Positions 29,734 through 41,460 of a stretch of 64,000 bases of DNA are shown here, piece after piece. Where the stretch lies: assembly GCA_050173015.1 (NCBI GenBank), contig JBFXLE010000003.1, forward strand, positions 32,001 to 96,000. Direction: 5' to 3'. The position numbers and the translations under genes are program-made. The notes under the pieces are model-generated. The model was given only the letters and a program-made list of their open reading frames with translations, was not told where the DNA came from and searched no databases. Position 1 is the stretch's first letter. Each line of letters opens with the position of its first letter. This stretch comes from Calditrichaceae bacterium (GTDB lineage: Bacteria; Calditrichota; Calditrichia; Calditrichales; JBFXGD01).

Positions 29734-30909
29734 CTAATGTTCGTGCCGCGGCAGGCTTTCGACCAGATACGGATCATTAACCGGGATAAGATTTCCTTTA
29801 GAAAGCTGCTTTAACACCATCCAGAAGAACACAGAGAGAACAGCGATCATAGGCCCTATTTCCCAGATCCCAAAGGCCGGTTCAGCTCCAAATACCGTCG
29901 GCATAACCATAATATAGAGATCAAGCCAGTGGCCTATCAGGATGACGACAGCCATGTACAGCATGATTTTGTCATTCCGTTTTGTCGAACGCGGCAGCAG
30001 TACCAAAAAAGGTATCAACCAGTTTAGAATTACATTTAAAAAGGACAATGATCCCCATCCCCCGAAATGGCGGAAAATATAATAGGAAGTTTCTTCGGGT
30101 ATATTTGAATACCAGATAAGCATATGCTGCGATACCCACATATATACCCAAAAAACGCTAAACGACATAAGTAACCGACCCATATCGTGCAGGTGATCTG
30201 TTGTGTAGATATGTTTGTAGCCAAGGTTTCTCATGATTACCATAAATACCGTAATAATCGCGAGTCCGCTCAGGAACATTCCCGAGATAGATAGAAATCC
30301 AAATACCGTGCTGTACCAATGCGGCTGCAGCGACATGAGCAGATCGATGCTTGCCAGAGCGAAGGTATAAGCTCCCAGAATGATAAATATGGCCGAATTT
30401 CGAACATTTCTTCCGGTATAAAGAGCATCACTATTTTGATCCTGCAGCCGTGAATTTTTTTCTATGATTTTTGCAAAGAAAATCCAGACAAAAAAATAAA
30501 AAACCAACCTGCCGATAAAAAAGTTCTTATTCAGCCATCCGGCTTTCCCGCTCAGAATATCATCGCTGACCACTACAGAGTGATGACTCCATTCATATAG
30601 CGTATGAACTCCAAAAATAAGTATGATGCCCCCGATTGCCGCCGCGGGCAACGTTGACATGACCGCTTCCGGAATCCGCCGGAACGCTGTTCCCCATCCG
30701 GCATTGGAAACATATAAGACCGCGATAAAAAACGCTCCGCCCAGACCAAGACTAATCAAATAGAATTCCGCGATTAAAAAATTTGGCCAGATACGCCCCG
30801 GCGCCGTGAACAGACCGGCCACAAAAATGAGTAATCCCACACCCGCCAGACTGATCAAATAACGGTTAACAGATTTGGGAATGACCAATCCCGATATATT
30901 TTTTATCAT
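29734..30909 (-). CDS. actF: Alternative complex III subunit ActF
   Basis: RRIPEA, LYEW, WLN..FF..R, D..MSL.PHWYST.FG, HLHD.G, Q..LIWY.NIPEE. Confidence 0.92.
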   Translation of the reverse strand: MIKNISGLVIPKSVNRYLISLAGVGLLIFVAGLFTAPGRIWPNFLIAEFYLISLGLGGAFFIAVLYVSNAGWGTAFRRIPEAVMSTLPAAAIGGIILIFGVHTLYEWSHHSVVVSDDILSGKAGWLNKNFFIGRLVFYFFVWIFFAKIIEKNSRLQDQNSDALYTGRNVRNSAIFIILGAYTFALASIDLLMSLQPHWYSTVFGFLSISGMFLSGLAIITVFMVIMRNLGYKHIYTTDHLHDMGRLLMSFSVFWVYMWVSQHMLIWYSNIPEETSYYIFRHFGGWGSLSFLNVILNWLIPFLVLLPRSTKRNDKIMLYMAVVILIGHWLDLYIMVMPTVFGAEPAFGIWEIGPMIAVLSVFFWMVLKQLSKGNLIPVNDPYLVESLPRHEH

Positions 30910-31472
30910 GGCTGACTCTCTTGTAATTTTCTTACATAGGCTATTGCCTGCCAGCGATCCACTCGCTCAATTTGTGTCGCGTAGGGCGGCATATTGTTAA
31001 GACCAAACGTAATTGTATGATAAATCTGTCCATCCTTCATGTTTCTGACCCTGTCAAGCAGCAGAGATGGCGGAGGAGGATACCCTCTATTTACAACGGG
31101 TCCGTCGCCCTTACCGCCCGGACCGTGACACAACTGGCAAAATGTTTGATAAACCAGCTGCCCCCTTGCTAAATCGGCCTGGTTTTCGGGACCGAACGGA
31201 TTGAACAATTCATCACCCGCCCGAACAGCTTCCGTGGCTGAAGCGCCGTAATGGAGTGGCATCATATCCCTTGGAATGGTTCCGTCCACTGTTTTTTGCT
31301 GTGTCTGACCGTTGTGAAAAAAAGGGTTGGGAGTCTGTGATTTATAAGCAAACGATTTCGCCATGTCCGGGAAATAATCCCTGTTACGTTTTTCAGGATC
31401 CTGTCCCAATAATATCCTTAATATAAATAAGGTGCCGACGATTATTATGGTAACGCCGAATAGCTTCTTCAC
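30906..31472 (-). CDS. actE: Alternative complex III monoheme cytochrome c ActE
   Basis: PDM..S, GTIPR, CQLCH, G.G.G.V, MP.YA.Q, DRW....YVR.LQ. Confidence 0.9.
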   Translation of the reverse strand: MKKLFGVTIIIVGTLFILRILLGQDPEKRNRDYFPDMAKSFAYKSQTPNPFFHNGQTQQKTVDGTIPRDMMPLHYGASATEAVRAGDELFNPFGPENQADLARGQLVYQTFCQLCHGPGGKGDGPVVNRGYPPPPSLLLDRVRNMKDGQIYHTITFGLNNMPPYATQIERVDRWQAIAYVRKLQESQP

Positions 31473-31996
31473 TTACCAGCCTCCATATACTCCTTGATAT
31501 CAATGACATGAAATTCTTCCCATATCTTTTTCAGCATTTCCGCATCATAGGACGCGTTTTTTTCTTCCAGCGCAAGCACAAAATGGTCATCTGTTACACG
31601 ACGATCTACAAGTTTTTTCAAATTTCCGGGATAAAGTTTTGTTCTGAAAAGCATCGTGAATACAACTCCCAGTCCACCAATCAGAATGGTCATTTCGAAC
31701 ATTACCGGCAGGTAGGCCGGAAGTGAATTAAATGGTTTCCCGCCTACATTAAGCGGCCAGTCAATTGATCCGATCCAGAACTGTGTGTAAACAGCCAGTA
31801 ACAATCCCAATGCCGCTGAGATCAAACATACCCATGTCAGTTTACTCGGTTTGAGTCCCATGGCTTCATCCAGCCCGTGAACCGCATAGGGAGTATAGAT
31901 GTCAAAAATATCATAACCGGCTGACCGGGTGGCCCGTGTGGCCCGGATGATATCATCTTCATCAGCAAATATTCCCAACAATAACGGATTTTTCAT
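31469..31996 (-). CDS. actD: Alternative complex III subunit ActD (DUF3341)
   Basis: YTPYAVHGLDEAMG, DWPLNVGGKP, P..FE.T.L. Confidence 0.92.
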   Translation of the reverse strand: MKNPLLLGIFADEDDIIRATRATRSAGYDIFDIYTPYAVHGLDEAMGLKPSKLTWVCLISAALGLLLAVYTQFWIGSIDWPLNVGGKPFNSLPAYLPVMFEMTILIGGLGVVFTMLFRTKLYPGNLKKLVDRRVTDDHFVLALEEKNASYDAEMLKKIWEEFHVIDIKEYMEAGK

Positions 31997-32022
31997 TTAT
32001 CTACCTCATTCAGATCAAAAAA

Positions 32023-33441
32023 TCATACTGGTTCTATTTCGGCTGTCATCGGAACTTCAGCCGTCATTTTTGATTCTCTATCTTCTCTCTTCCTGCCGTA
32101 ACTCAATACTCCCTTTACTTCTCCGATGGCGATAAAAGGAAGGAATCGGGCAAACAGCAGGAATACAGTAAAAAACAGACCAAAACTTCCGAGCAGCGTT
32201 GCAATTTCGATACTTGTGGGAGCGTACATTGCCCAGCTCGAAGGCAGAAAATCCCTGTGTAAAGAGGTAACGATTATTACAAATCGTTCAAACCACATTC
32301 CGATGTTGATCACGATGGAGATGATAAACAGAGTTACGAGACTTGTTCTGATTCTTTTAAACCAGAATAACTGCGGAATAATTACATTACACGTCACCAT
32401 AGTCCAATATGCCCAGGCGTAGGGACCAAACGCGCGATTTATAAACACAAACCGTTCATATTCATTAACCGAGTACCAGGCCATAAACATCTCTGTTCCA
32501 TAGGCGAATGCGACAATTCCGCCGGTCACAATGATGATTTTACTCATTTTTTCCAAATGATCGATGGTGATATATTCTTCGTAATTCAGCACTTTTCTTG
32601 CGATAATCATCAAAGTCAATACCATGGCGAATCCTGAAAACACCGCGCCCGCGACAAAATATGGCGGAAAAATTGTGGTATGCCAGCCGGGAATGACCGA
32701 TGTGGCGAAATCCATACTTACGATCGAATGCACCGACAGCACAAGAGGCGTCGCCAGAGCGGCAAGAAGCAAATAGGTCGTTTCATATCGGTGCCAGGCG
32801 CGCATGGATCCGTTCCAGCCAAAACTCATGATGGTATAAACCGCTTTTCTGATTTTTGTTTTCGCCCTGTCCCGCAATGTCGCCATATCCGGTATCAATC
32901 CGATATACCAGAATACTGCCGAGATCGTAAAATAAGTGCTTATGGCGAAAAAATCCCACAATAACGGCGAGCGGAAATTTACCCAAAGCGGACCCCTGAA
33001 ATTCGGGTATGGCGCGATCCAATAAAAAAACCAGGGCCGTCCCATATGTATTAATGGAAAAATGCCCGCGCACATTACCGCGATCAAGGTCATTGCTTCG
33101 GCTGATCGGTTAATCGACGTACGCCAGCGCTGCCTGAAAAGAAACAGGATAGCGGAAATCAAAGTCCCGGCGTGGCCGATTCCAACCCAGAAAACAAAAT
33201 TAGTGATATCAAACGCCCAGCCGACCGTCTTGTTGAGACCCCAGGTCCCGATTCCGACTTTGATCTGATAACTGACGGCAGCAATACCCAACATCAGAAA
33301 TGAAGATGCTGAAATAAAGGCGATCCACCATAATTTTGTCGGCTTTCTTTCCAAAGGTTTCGAGATATCGTCTGTCACCTGTTTGAGGGATTTATTCCCT
33401 TCAATTATTGGTTTTCTAAGTGCCGAATAAGTCATGGACAT
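32023..33441 (-). CDS. actC: Alternative complex III NrfD-like subunit ActC
   Basis: [52 protein letters not shown]. Confidence 0.95.
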   Translation of the reverse strand: MSMTYSALRKPIIEGNKSLKQVTDDISKPLERKPTKLWWIAFISASSFLMLGIAAVSYQIKVGIGTWGLNKTVGWAFDITNFVFWVGIGHAGTLISAILFLFRQRWRTSINRSAEAMTLIAVMCAGIFPLIHMGRPWFFYWIAPYPNFRGPLWVNFRSPLLWDFFAISTYFTISAVFWYIGLIPDMATLRDRAKTKIRKAVYTIMSFGWNGSMRAWHRYETTYLLLAALATPLVLSVHSIVSMDFATSVIPGWHTTIFPPYFVAGAVFSGFAMVLTLMIIARKVLNYEEYITIDHLEKMSKIIIVTGGIVAFAYGTEMFMAWYSVNEYERFVFINRAFGPYAWAYWTMVTCNVIIPQLFWFKRIRTSLVTLFIISIVINIGMWFERFVIIVTSLHRDFLPSSWAMYAPTSIEIATLLGSFGLFFTVFLLFARFLPFIAIGEVKGVLSYGRKREDRESKMTAEVPMTAEIEPV

Positions 33442-33445
33442 GCTG

Positions 33446-36400
33446 TTAAATTTCTCCGTCTAATTTTTTATCATTACGCACTTTGGTCATATATCCTACA
33501 TTTGGGCGGAAATTCATTTCTTCCAGCATATGGTAATGCCGGGGATTCACTTTGATTTTCGCGATACGGCTGTCCGGGTTTAATTTATCCCCAAATACAA
33601 TGGCGTCAGCAGGGCAGGACTGCTGACAGGCCACCTTAATTTCGCCATCCGCTATCGGTCTGTTTTCCCTTTTTGCTTTTGCTTTTACATCCTGAATTCG
33701 TTGCACACACAATGAACATTTTTCCATTACGCCCCGTGAACGTGTTGTCACATCGGGATTCAGGACAAGGTTTTCTTTCTTTTCCTGCGCCAGATATTCA
33801 AACCAATTAAATCTGCGTACTTTGTAAGGGCAGTTGTTCGCGCAATAGCGGGTTCCAACACAGCGGTTATATATTTGCTGATTGATGCCTTCATCACTGT
33901 GCACCGTCGCCAGAACAGGACAGACCCCTTCACAGGGCGCGTGATCACAATGCTGGCACATCACCGGCTGATGCATCACATCAACATCGCCGTCATCTCC
34001 CGAATAATAACGATCAATCCGGATCCAGTGCATTTCACGACGTCGATACACTTCGTCTTTTCCCACTACCTGGACATTATTTTCCGCCTGACAACTGATC
34101 ACACAGGCGGAGCATCCGGTACAGCGGTTGAGATCAATGCTCATACCCCAGTGATAACCGGTATAGACATGGTCATTTTCCCATAGCTGAAGAGTTTCAT
34201 GTTCGAAATGATTACCGGAAGACGGATCATTTCTAAATTCAGAAACAACCGTCTCACGAACCATATTGCGACGATGCCCGCCGAGGTGTTTCGGTTCCGT
34301 TATGGTCTGATGTGTTTGAGTAAGCGCAAGATGGGTACTCTCACCGGTTGGATATATATTTACACGACCTGAATAATTGAAATTCCGGTTTTGATGAGAT
34401 AAAAAGACAAAACTGTTTTTTCCAACCGTCCCGCCTTTCTCAACGGTCAGTCGGCTCTCCAGCCATTGCGGCCCTATTTCCGAAAAACGATCCGTTCCTT
34501 TCCGCCCGTAACCAAGAGCGACCGATATCACATTTTTGTGCTGTCCGGGTTGTAAAAGTACCGGAAGTTCAATTTCCCTGTCTTTCATGGTTAATCTGAC
34601 CACATCACCCTGCTCAATATTCATTTCCCGGGCCGTTGCCGGAGACATACAGGCATAATTATCCCATACTACCTTGGTAACCGGATCAGGCAGTTCATGC
34701 AGCCAGGGATTATGCGCGTGACGCCCGTCCATCATCCCTATTTTTTGATACAGCACCATTTCATATTCGTCCCGGTTCACTGTACTCATTATTTCCGGGC
34801 TTTTTAGAGCGCTAAACCGGAAATCGCCCAAAATGACAGGCGTCTCATGCAAAACGGCAAATCCGTCATGAACCGATTTATCCCAAAATTTTTGAAAATC
34901 CGACTCCTGATTCTGCCTCCTGAAAAAGTTAGTCTTCCAATAATCCTGCATGATCTCTAAATCTGTCCTGGAGTCATTCATCCACCTGGCAAGACATCCC
35001 CGGAATGAACGGGTATCTCCCAGTTTTGGGATTACCGGCTGTGAAACACCGATGACGCCTCCGGCAATCCTGAAATCATCCCAGGATTCAAGCGAATGGT
35101 CCGGCGGACAGACATACCGGACAAGTTCGGATGTTTCATCAATATGATCGCTGAATGATATGGTTAATGGTACATTTTCAATCGCTTTTATAAATCTCCG
35201 CTGATCAGGATAACTATATGCCGGATTAACATCAGACATGATCAGAACTTTGACTTCACCGGCTTCCATTTTATCAACAAGTTCCAGAAAAGCCCGGTCA
35301 TTTCCCCGCCATTGATATGATGGATAGTCCGTTTCAATCGTTTTACCATAATTGCCAAGAATGTAATTTATATAATTTACGACAGACTGGGCCTCAACAT
35401 CATTCATTCCGCTGATGATAAGACTTCGTCCCCTTGCTTTCCAAAGAGTGTCCGCGAGATCATCAACCAAAACGCGATTCACCGTCGCGGGCAGTTCCGC
35501 GGAAGCCCATGGTAATGCGCCGGTGCCGGACATTATCGATAATCTCTCAGCAATTGCCATCAGCGTATTAATGCTTTCTTCCCGCGTAACGGCTACTCTC
35601 CGGTCGGCATTTGATCCTGTCAGTGACATCCGGCCTTCAAACTGAATATGATAGGAATAATCATCGACAGACACATCGGGTTTTCTCTTCATTGTGTACG
35701 CTTTGGTAAACTCTACGGGAGAGATCCATGTACCCAGAAAATCGGCATCAAAACTTACAATTACATCCGCCTGATCGAAACGATAATGAGGAAGTATCCG
35801 ATTACCAAAAGTCCGCTCATGCGCGTCGGGAATCGCCGAATATGAAACCGCGTCATATTCAACATGTCCGCTCTTTTTAAATCTTTTCAGGAATCGATTG
35901 ATCATTTCAGCGGTTGTGGGACTCGTCAGTGTACCGGTCAAAATATAAACACCGTCAGTTATATTTTTGAGTCCTGAACCAACATTCGAATCAATTACCG
36001 ACCACTCAACGGATGTTCCTTTGCTCATCGGTTTTTGCAGTCTCTGTGAGTCATACAGACCAAGAATAGAGGCCTGCCCAACAGCGCAAACACCGCCTTT
36101 TGAAATGGGATGCTCTGGATTGCCCTCAATTTTTACCGGTCTGCCGTCACTATTCTTTGTCAAAATTCCGCAGGATGCAGAGCAGCCTTTGCATGTTGAA
36201 GCATACCAGTATGCCTCACCGGGAACGACTTCTTCCTGGCGATTCAGCAGCGGAATCGCTTTCTCAACCGGCCCTTTAACACACGAGGCCAATATTGACC
36301 CGGTAACAGTAAATCCAGCGGCTCTAAGGAAAGAGCGGCGTGACAATCCGGATTTAGCCAGTTTTGAATCTTTTTCAAGAAATTTGCTCAATGATACCGG

Positions 36401-36496
36401 CTCAGGGAATTCAGTTTCAAGTGTTTCCTGAAATTCTTTGGTATTTTCTCTTTCTTCAATACCCTTCCAGTATTTCTTTTCCTGATCAGTTGACAT
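33446..36496 (-). CDS. actB: Alternative complex III subunit ActB (molybdopterin-oxidoreductase-like plus Fe-S domain), Tat lipoprotein
   Basis: KKYW, SRRSFL Tat motif, LASC lipobox, [53 protein letters not shown]. Confidence 0.95.
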   Translation of the reverse strand: MSTDQEKKYWKGIEERENTKEFQETLETEFPEPVSLSKFLEKDSKLAKSGLSRRSFLRAAGFTVTGSILASCVKGPVEKAIPLLNRQEEVVPGEAYWYASTCKGCSASCGILTKNSDGRPVKIEGNPEHPISKGGVCAVGQASILGLYDSQRLQKPMSKGTSVEWSVIDSNVGSGLKNITDGVYILTGTLTSPTTAEMINRFLKRFKKSGHVEYDAVSYSAIPDAHERTFGNRILPHYRFDQADVIVSFDADFLGTWISPVEFTKAYTMKRKPDVSVDDYSYHIQFEGRMSLTGSNADRRVAVTREESINTLMAIAERLSIMSGTGALPWASAELPATVNRVLVDDLADTLWKARGRSLIISGMNDVEAQSVVNYINYILGNYGKTIETDYPSYQWRGNDRAFLELVDKMEAGEVKVLIMSDVNPAYSYPDQRRFIKAIENVPLTISFSDHIDETSELVRYVCPPDHSLESWDDFRIAGGVIGVSQPVIPKLGDTRSFRGCLARWMNDSRTDLEIMQDYWKTNFFRRQNQESDFQKFWDKSVHDGFAVLHETPVILGDFRFSALKSPEIMSTVNRDEYEMVLYQKIGMMDGRHAHNPWLHELPDPVTKVVWDNYACMSPATAREMNIEQGDVVRLTMKDREIELPVLLQPGQHKNVISVALGYGRKGTDRFSEIGPQWLESRLTVEKGGTVGKNSFVFLSHQNRNFNYSGRVNIYPTGESTHLALTQTHQTITEPKHLGGHRRNMVRETVVSEFRNDPSSGNHFEHETLQLWENDHVYTGYHWGMSIDLNRCTGCSACVISCQAENNVQVVGKDEVYRRREMHWIRIDRYYSGDDGDVDVMHQPVMCQHCDHAPCEGVCPVLATVHSDEGINQQIYNRCVGTRYCANNCPYKVRRFNWFEYLAQEKKENLVLNPDVTTRSRGVMEKCSLCVQRIQDVKAKAKRENRPIADGEIKVACQQSCPADAIVFGDKLNPDSRIAKIKVNPRHYHMLEEMNFRPNVGYMTKVRNDKKLDGEI

Positions 36497-36552
36497 GCTT
36501 ATTTTCCGTTATATAGTATCATATTAGTTCAATTTTTTCAATCCTGAGACAT

Positions 36553-37206
36553 CTAATAATGGCACACCGTACAGCTTGTTGACGCGTATTTGCCCTTTAA
36601 CTCCGGGACAAGGCCGTTGTTTACGTCTCTGTGACAATTCACGCACCATCCCATGGTCAGATCAGGGACTTGTGTGACCTTTTCCATGGTTTCAACGGGC
36701 CCGTGACAGGTCTGACACACCACGCCACCGTTAACATGCCTGCGGTGATCAAAATAAACAAAATCGGGTACCTTATAGACACGAATCCACTCGATGGGCT
36801 GACCGGTTTCTTCTTTATATTTCATCTCATCGGTAGAGAAACCGACCGCGTCATAAACTTTTTGCAGCTCGGCCGAAACAATCATTTTTACAGGTCTGTT
36901 TTCTTCCTGAGCCTTTTCTTCTTCTATTTTAACTTTATCCCATCGGGATGTTACAAACCGATGACAATTCATACATGTTGCCGCATCCGGAATCACCGCG
37001 TATCTGCTCCGTTCGGCGCCGTTATGGCAATAAGTACAGGCCATTTGCAAATCGCCGCTATGTAATCTGTGTGAAAATGCCACGGGCTGTTCCGGCGTAT
37101 ATCCCTGGCTGATTCCCGGCAGATTCAGATTAACGCTGCTCATATAAACCATAGTCCCCGCGAATAGGGCGATTATTAAAACAATAGCAATATTCCTGTT
37201 AGTCAT
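36553..37206 (-). CDS. actA: Alternative complex III pentaheme cytochrome c ActA
   Basis: N-terminal TM helix, P.QPV.FSH..H, five CxxCH (CTYCH, CMNCH, CQTCH, CVNCH, CTVCH), L.MGWC. Confidence 0.93.
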   Translation of the reverse strand: MTNRNIAIVLIIALFAGTMVYMSSVNLNLPGISQGYTPEQPVAFSHRLHSGDLQMACTYCHNGAERSRYAVIPDAATCMNCHRFVTSRWDKVKIEEEKAQEENRPVKMIVSAELQKVYDAVGFSTDEMKYKEETGQPIEWIRVYKVPDFVYFDHRRHVNGGVVCQTCHGPVETMEKVTQVPDLTMGWCVNCHRDVNNGLVPELKGKYASTSCTVCHY

Positions 37207-37248
37207 TTTTCACCATTCCTGAATACACAATTCGGGTTTAATAATTTC

Positions 37249-38583
37249 TCAGTTTTCGGCAACCTGTCCAAAACCTTCCGTTTGTGATGTCATGTCTGTT
37301 TTTCTCAGAAGAAATACTATGACGAGAGACAAAACAGCAAGCCCTACAAATACAAAAAATCCGTTGGCATAGCCCTGAATACCCTGGCTTTCAACAAAAA
37401 ACCCGAGTAGGGGCGGAATAAGGAAACCACCCAGAGCGCCTAATCCGCCTACCCAGCCGGCTCCTCCCCCGACAGCTTCTGAGATATATTGTGGCACAAG
37501 TTTAAATACGCCGGCGTTATTCACTCCCATACCAACCGCCATTAAAATCAGACCGGTGATAGCGAGAGAAGTCATATCTGAAAATATTAGTAACACAGCG
37601 CCGAGTATCATTGTAGTGATAGAAAATATAATGGTGGGCACGCCGCCGAACCGATCCGAAGCGCTACCGCCCGCGACCCGTACCAGTGACGCTAATACTG
37701 AAAAAAGCATAGTAAGCGCGCCCGCTGTTTTTAGATCTGTGCCGAAATATTCCTGCCAGTATGTCGGGAACCATACGGTAAGAGCCAGAAATCCGCCGAA
37801 TGTCGTGAAATACAAAAAAACAAGCGCCCAGGTTCTCCAGATCAAGGCCGCTTTAATCAAACCTTCCAAAACGCCTCCCTGCGGAAATATTTCCTGTCCG
37901 GCGCCGGCGGCAAGCTGTCGTGATTCCCCGGAGGATTTTCCTTTTCCTTCTTTATGAATCTGAAAATAAAACGCGTTCGGGGCGTAAACATAATACAGTA
38001 CAATCCCTGCCAGGAGTACAATCAGCCAAATGGCATAAGTATTAGTTAATGCTAAAAATCCTATGAGCAGGGGAATCAGGAAGGAAAAAAGGCCGGGGGC
38101 AATATTACCAAACCCGGCATACGCTCCCAGCGCCCAGCCTTGCTTCTTTTTCGGAAACCAGTATGATACCTGTCCGATACCCACAGAAAAGGTCGCGATC
38201 CCGCATCCGCTGAAAAGTGCCAGTATTAACAAAATCGGGTAATGATTCATGTTAAGATTTTCAGGACCAACAGTGAAGAGCAAGGCGAATAAACCGGTCA
38301 TCCCCAAAAATGATAGAAGAAGTAATATTATGAATGGTTTTCGTCCGCCGGTTGTATCAACCCACGCTCCAAAAGGAATACGCAGCAGCGAACCCGACAA
38401 ATTCGGCATCGCCACGAGTAGGCCTAACTGTACGGATGTCATCATCATCGTCTGATTTAATAATTTTGCGGTCGGTCCAAAAAGCGAAACCGCGGCGAAT
38501 CCGACAAAAAAACCGGCAGTTGTACCAAATAGCGCTTTAATTGGTGATCCGGTAAGTAATCCATTTTGCTTATCGGGTCTCAT
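37249..38583 (-). CDS. narK: NarK-family nitrate/nitrite MFS transporter
   Basis: P.L.GSLLRIP.G, FPKKKQG.ALG..AG.GN, YFTTFGGF, R..GG..SDRFG, G.VG..G.LGGF. Confidence 0.88.
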   Translation of the reverse strand: MRPDKQNGLLTGSPIKALFGTTAGFFVGFAAVSLFGPTAKLLNQTMMMTSVQLGLLVAMPNLSGSLLRIPFGAWVDTTGGRKPFIILLLLSFLGMTGLFALLFTVGPENLNMNHYPILLILALFSGCGIATFSVGIGQVSYWFPKKKQGWALGAYAGFGNIAPGLFSFLIPLLIGFLALTNTYAIWLIVLLAGIVLYYVYAPNAFYFQIHKEGKGKSSGESRQLAAGAGQEIFPQGGVLEGLIKAALIWRTWALVFLYFTTFGGFLALTVWFPTYWQEYFGTDLKTAGALTMLFSVLASLVRVAGGSASDRFGGVPTIIFSITTMILGAVLLIFSDMTSLAITGLILMAVGMGVNNAGVFKLVPQYISEAVGGGAGWVGGLGALGGFLIPPLLGFFVESQGIQGYANGFFVFVGLAVLSLVIVFLLRKTDMTSQTEGFGQVAEN

Positions 38584-38603
38584 AATGTCCCTTTATTCTA
38601 TTC

Positions 38604-39338
38604 TTATTTACGTTTTATGACAAATTCCGGGGTACGTATTTTTTTCCGGTCCCAGTTCCACCTTACCAACTGCGGTTTTCTCCAGAGATACGGATTTGGA
38701 ACCACGAGTATATGAACAAGCCTGGTGAAAGGAAACAACAGGACAATCAGTGAATTTCCGATGATATGAAGTTTAACCATGATCGGCATCGGCGTCACAT
38801 AAGCAATATCGGGAGTAAAAGTAAGCAATGACCAGAGATACGGCGTCATCGAGGCCGCAAACCAGGAACTTCCCCAACTGTGAAATACGGCGGTATAAAG
38901 ACCGGTGATCACCTGGAGGAATAAAATGGACAATACAATCCAGTCAAACGGGCTGGTCACCGCTTTTGTCTTACTGTCTGTCATCCGACGGGCAAACAGA
39001 TTGATCATCCCGATCAGCGTAAAAAGACCGGCTATAAAAGCGGTTATCTCCAGGACATAAAGCCTGAGCGGATTGCTGTTCCAAATCAGGACCTGTGACG
39101 GGATCAGGAAGCCGATCAAATGTCCGAAAAAAAGCGTGATAATGCCGTAGTGAAACGGAACCATCCCCCAAAAATGTATTTTATTTTCCAAAAATTGGGA
39201 AGATAAACTTGAATAGCTGTACCCATGTTTTCTGTAGCGTGAAATGGTCACTCCGAAAAACGTAAAAAGAGCGACATACGGAAGCACGGCAAACCAGAAC
39301 AAATTCAATGATGTTAAAAAGGCTGCATTTTGGACCAT
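38604..39338 (-). CDS. narI: Respiratory nitrate reductase gamma subunit (cytochrome b)
   Basis: SSQFLE, FHYG...GH, K.H, FPFTRLVH; ATG 39338 with RBS AGGTG preferred over TTG 39377. Confidence 0.92.
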   Translation of the reverse strand: MVQNAAFLTSLNLFWFAVLPYVALFTFFGVTISRYRKHGYSYSSLSSQFLENKIHFWGMVPFHYGIITLFFGHLIGFLIPSQVLIWNSNPLRLYVLEITAFIAGLFTLIGMINLFARRMTDSKTKAVTSPFDWIVLSILFLQVITGLYTAVFHSWGSSWFAASMTPYLWSLLTFTPDIAYVTPMPIMVKLHIIGNSLIVLLFPFTRLVHILVVPNPYLWRKPQLVRWNWDRKKIRTPEFVIKRK

Positions 39339-39403
39339 AATTTTCACCTGATACTTATGGTTTAATTGTTCTGCCAATTAAGTTTTAATTATGATTCTCA
39401 GGA

Positions 39404-39946
39404 TCAAACATGAGCTGAGACAAAATCTCCTGACTGTTTTCCCGTTAGGGTATATTTTTCTTCAAGTAAATCATTTAATATCTCAATAACCGGTTTATAC
39501 GGATTATCAGCCGGGAAATTTTTTATTATTTTCCCAATGGCCGGAAGAATATAATTTTCCGAAAAAATCTGAACTTCATCATTATCCAACACCGCCATTA
39601 ATTTTAAACAATGACTGAGATGATCCGGTAATTCGATGGACTCGGAAATCTTAAACTCTTCCAGTGATTGCCGCATTTTGACAAGAAATTCGCCTCGCTG
39701 ATAATCTTCTCCGTACAGATGCCAGCCCAATTCCAGGCAGGTTGAAGGATTCATATCAAACGTTCTGGTGAACAGTTCTTCGATATCGGAAAGATCGGTT
39801 TCTTCTACATATTTTATAAATTCATCATATTTCCGGCGATCTGCTTGCGCTTTCTCAATCTGTTCTCCAAGGTTCCTTATATGTTTTCGGTAATCTACAA
39901 CCGGATAAGAAAATACTTCCGCGAAATTACTGAACATTTTATTCAT
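39404..39946 (-). CDS. narJ: Nitrate reductase assembly chaperone
   Basis: FSYP, TFD, RG.FL, ELPDHL; position between narH and narI. Confidence 0.88.
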   Translation of the reverse strand: MNKMFSNFAEVFSYPVVDYRKHIRNLGEQIEKAQADRRKYDEFIKYVEETDLSDIEELFTRTFDMNPSTCLELGWHLYGEDYQRGEFLVKMRQSLEEFKISESIELPDHLSHCLKLMAVLDNDEVQIFSENYILPAIGKIIKNFPADNPYKPVIEILNDLLEEKYTLTGKQSGDFVSAHV

Positions 39947-41436
39947 TATAATCCCCTCTTCGGTTCTTCTCTGAATCCAAATCCAACGGACTGTTTATGT
40001 TCAAGAGGATCTTTCATCATTTCAATCGCCTCTTCCCGGTGAGACGGCGGAATGACAAACCGGTCATTAAACGTACAGAGCGAGGTCAGTTTATATATTG
40101 ATTCGGCCTCCGCCACCGAACAATCCGCTTCGAGAAGCATTTTTTCCGCGACTTCCATCTCAATATCACCCACTGTCACCGCCCGGCGATAATTACGGAC
40201 CGCCATTTGTTTTTTCAATACATACCGTATTTTACTGTTATTTCCCGCCGCGAACATTTTACCAAGGTATTCGATTGGCGCGCGCGCCTTATCAAAATCA
40301 GGAAAAAGCCCTTCCGATTCATTTTTTACTGTTTTTCCGTCAAAACTTGAAATTACCGGAAGCATCGGCGGCACATAAAACAGCATTGGCAATGTTCGGT
40401 ATTCAATATGCGGCGGCAATGCGAGTTTCCACTCCTTAACAAATTTATATACCGGAGATTTTTGAGCGGATTTAATGATATCATCGTGAATGCCGTTTTC
40501 CCTGGCGGCTTTAATGACTTCCGGATCGAAGGGATCCAATATCATATCACGTTGCGCCTCAACCAATTCCTGATCATCTTTTTTCGCGGTTTCATCGATC
40601 CTGTCCGCGTCATACAACAAAACCCCGAGATACCTGATTCGTCCCACACAGGAATGGAAGCACGCGGGAGCCTGGCCGGTTTCGATGCGCGGAAAACACA
40701 GAATACACTTTTCTGATTTACCGGTTGACCAGTTATAGTATGTTTTTTTATACGGGCAGGCGGAAACACAGGAACGCCATCCCCGGCACCTTTCCTGATC
40801 AAGAAGTACAATTCCGTCTTCACCACGCTTATACAACGCGCCTGATGGACACGAAGCGACACAAGCCGGATTGACGCAATGGTTGCAAATTCTCGGAAAA
40901 TAAAAGAACATCAAACGTTCGATAGCAAAAAGCTGACTTTTTTGTTCTTCGGTTAGCGCTGTAAAATTTGGATCATTCTCGGCATAAACGGGGGATCCGC
41001 TTAAATCATCATCCCAGTTTGGCCCGGATTCGATATCAATATATTTTCCGGAGACCATTGAAACCGGAGTGGCTGTGGGCTGATCATTCCCTTCAGGCGC
41101 GTTGAACAATTCATCATATTTATAGGTCCACGGCTCATAATAATCCGCCATACTCGGCATGGAGGGATTATGAAAAATATTAGCTACGATGCGCGCTTTT
41201 CCGGTTGACTTTAAAGACAGTTTATTCTTATTTAGCTGCCAACCCCCGTTATATTTCTCCTGATCCTCCCACTTTGTCGGATACCCCGTGCCCGGTTTCG
41301 TTTCAACATTATTCCACCACATGTATTCGGTTCCCTTGCGATCGGTCCAGATATTTTTACACGCGATGCTGCATGTATGGCACCCGATACATTTATCGAG
41401 ATGAAAAACCATTGATATTTGCGATCTGATATCCAT
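39946..41436 (-). CDS. narH: Respiratory nitrate reductase beta subunit
   Basis: LDKCIGCHTCSIACKN.W, PRICNHC.NPAC..SCPSGA.YKR.EDG, CRGWR.C...CPYKK, EYRTLPM. Confidence 0.97.
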   Translation of the reverse strand: MDIRSQISMVFHLDKCIGCHTCSIACKNIWTDRKGTEYMWWNNVETKPGTGYPTKWEDQEKYNGGWQLNKNKLSLKSTGKARIVANIFHNPSMPSMADYYEPWTYKYDELFNAPEGNDQPTATPVSMVSGKYIDIESGPNWDDDLSGSPVYAENDPNFTALTEEQKSQLFAIERLMFFYFPRICNHCVNPACVASCPSGALYKRGEDGIVLLDQERCRGWRSCVSACPYKKTYYNWSTGKSEKCILCFPRIETGQAPACFHSCVGRIRYLGVLLYDADRIDETAKKDDQELVEAQRDMILDPFDPEVIKAARENGIHDDIIKSAQKSPVYKFVKEWKLALPPHIEYRTLPMLFYVPPMLPVISSFDGKTVKNESEGLFPDFDKARAPIEYLGKMFAAGNNSKIRYVLKKQMAVRNYRRAVTVGDIEMEVAEKMLLEADCSVAEAESIYKLTSLCTFNDRFVIPPSHREEAIEMMKDPLEHKQSVGFGFREEPKRGL

Positions 41437-41460
41437 CTTAATTTTCCTCTTAAGTCGTTA

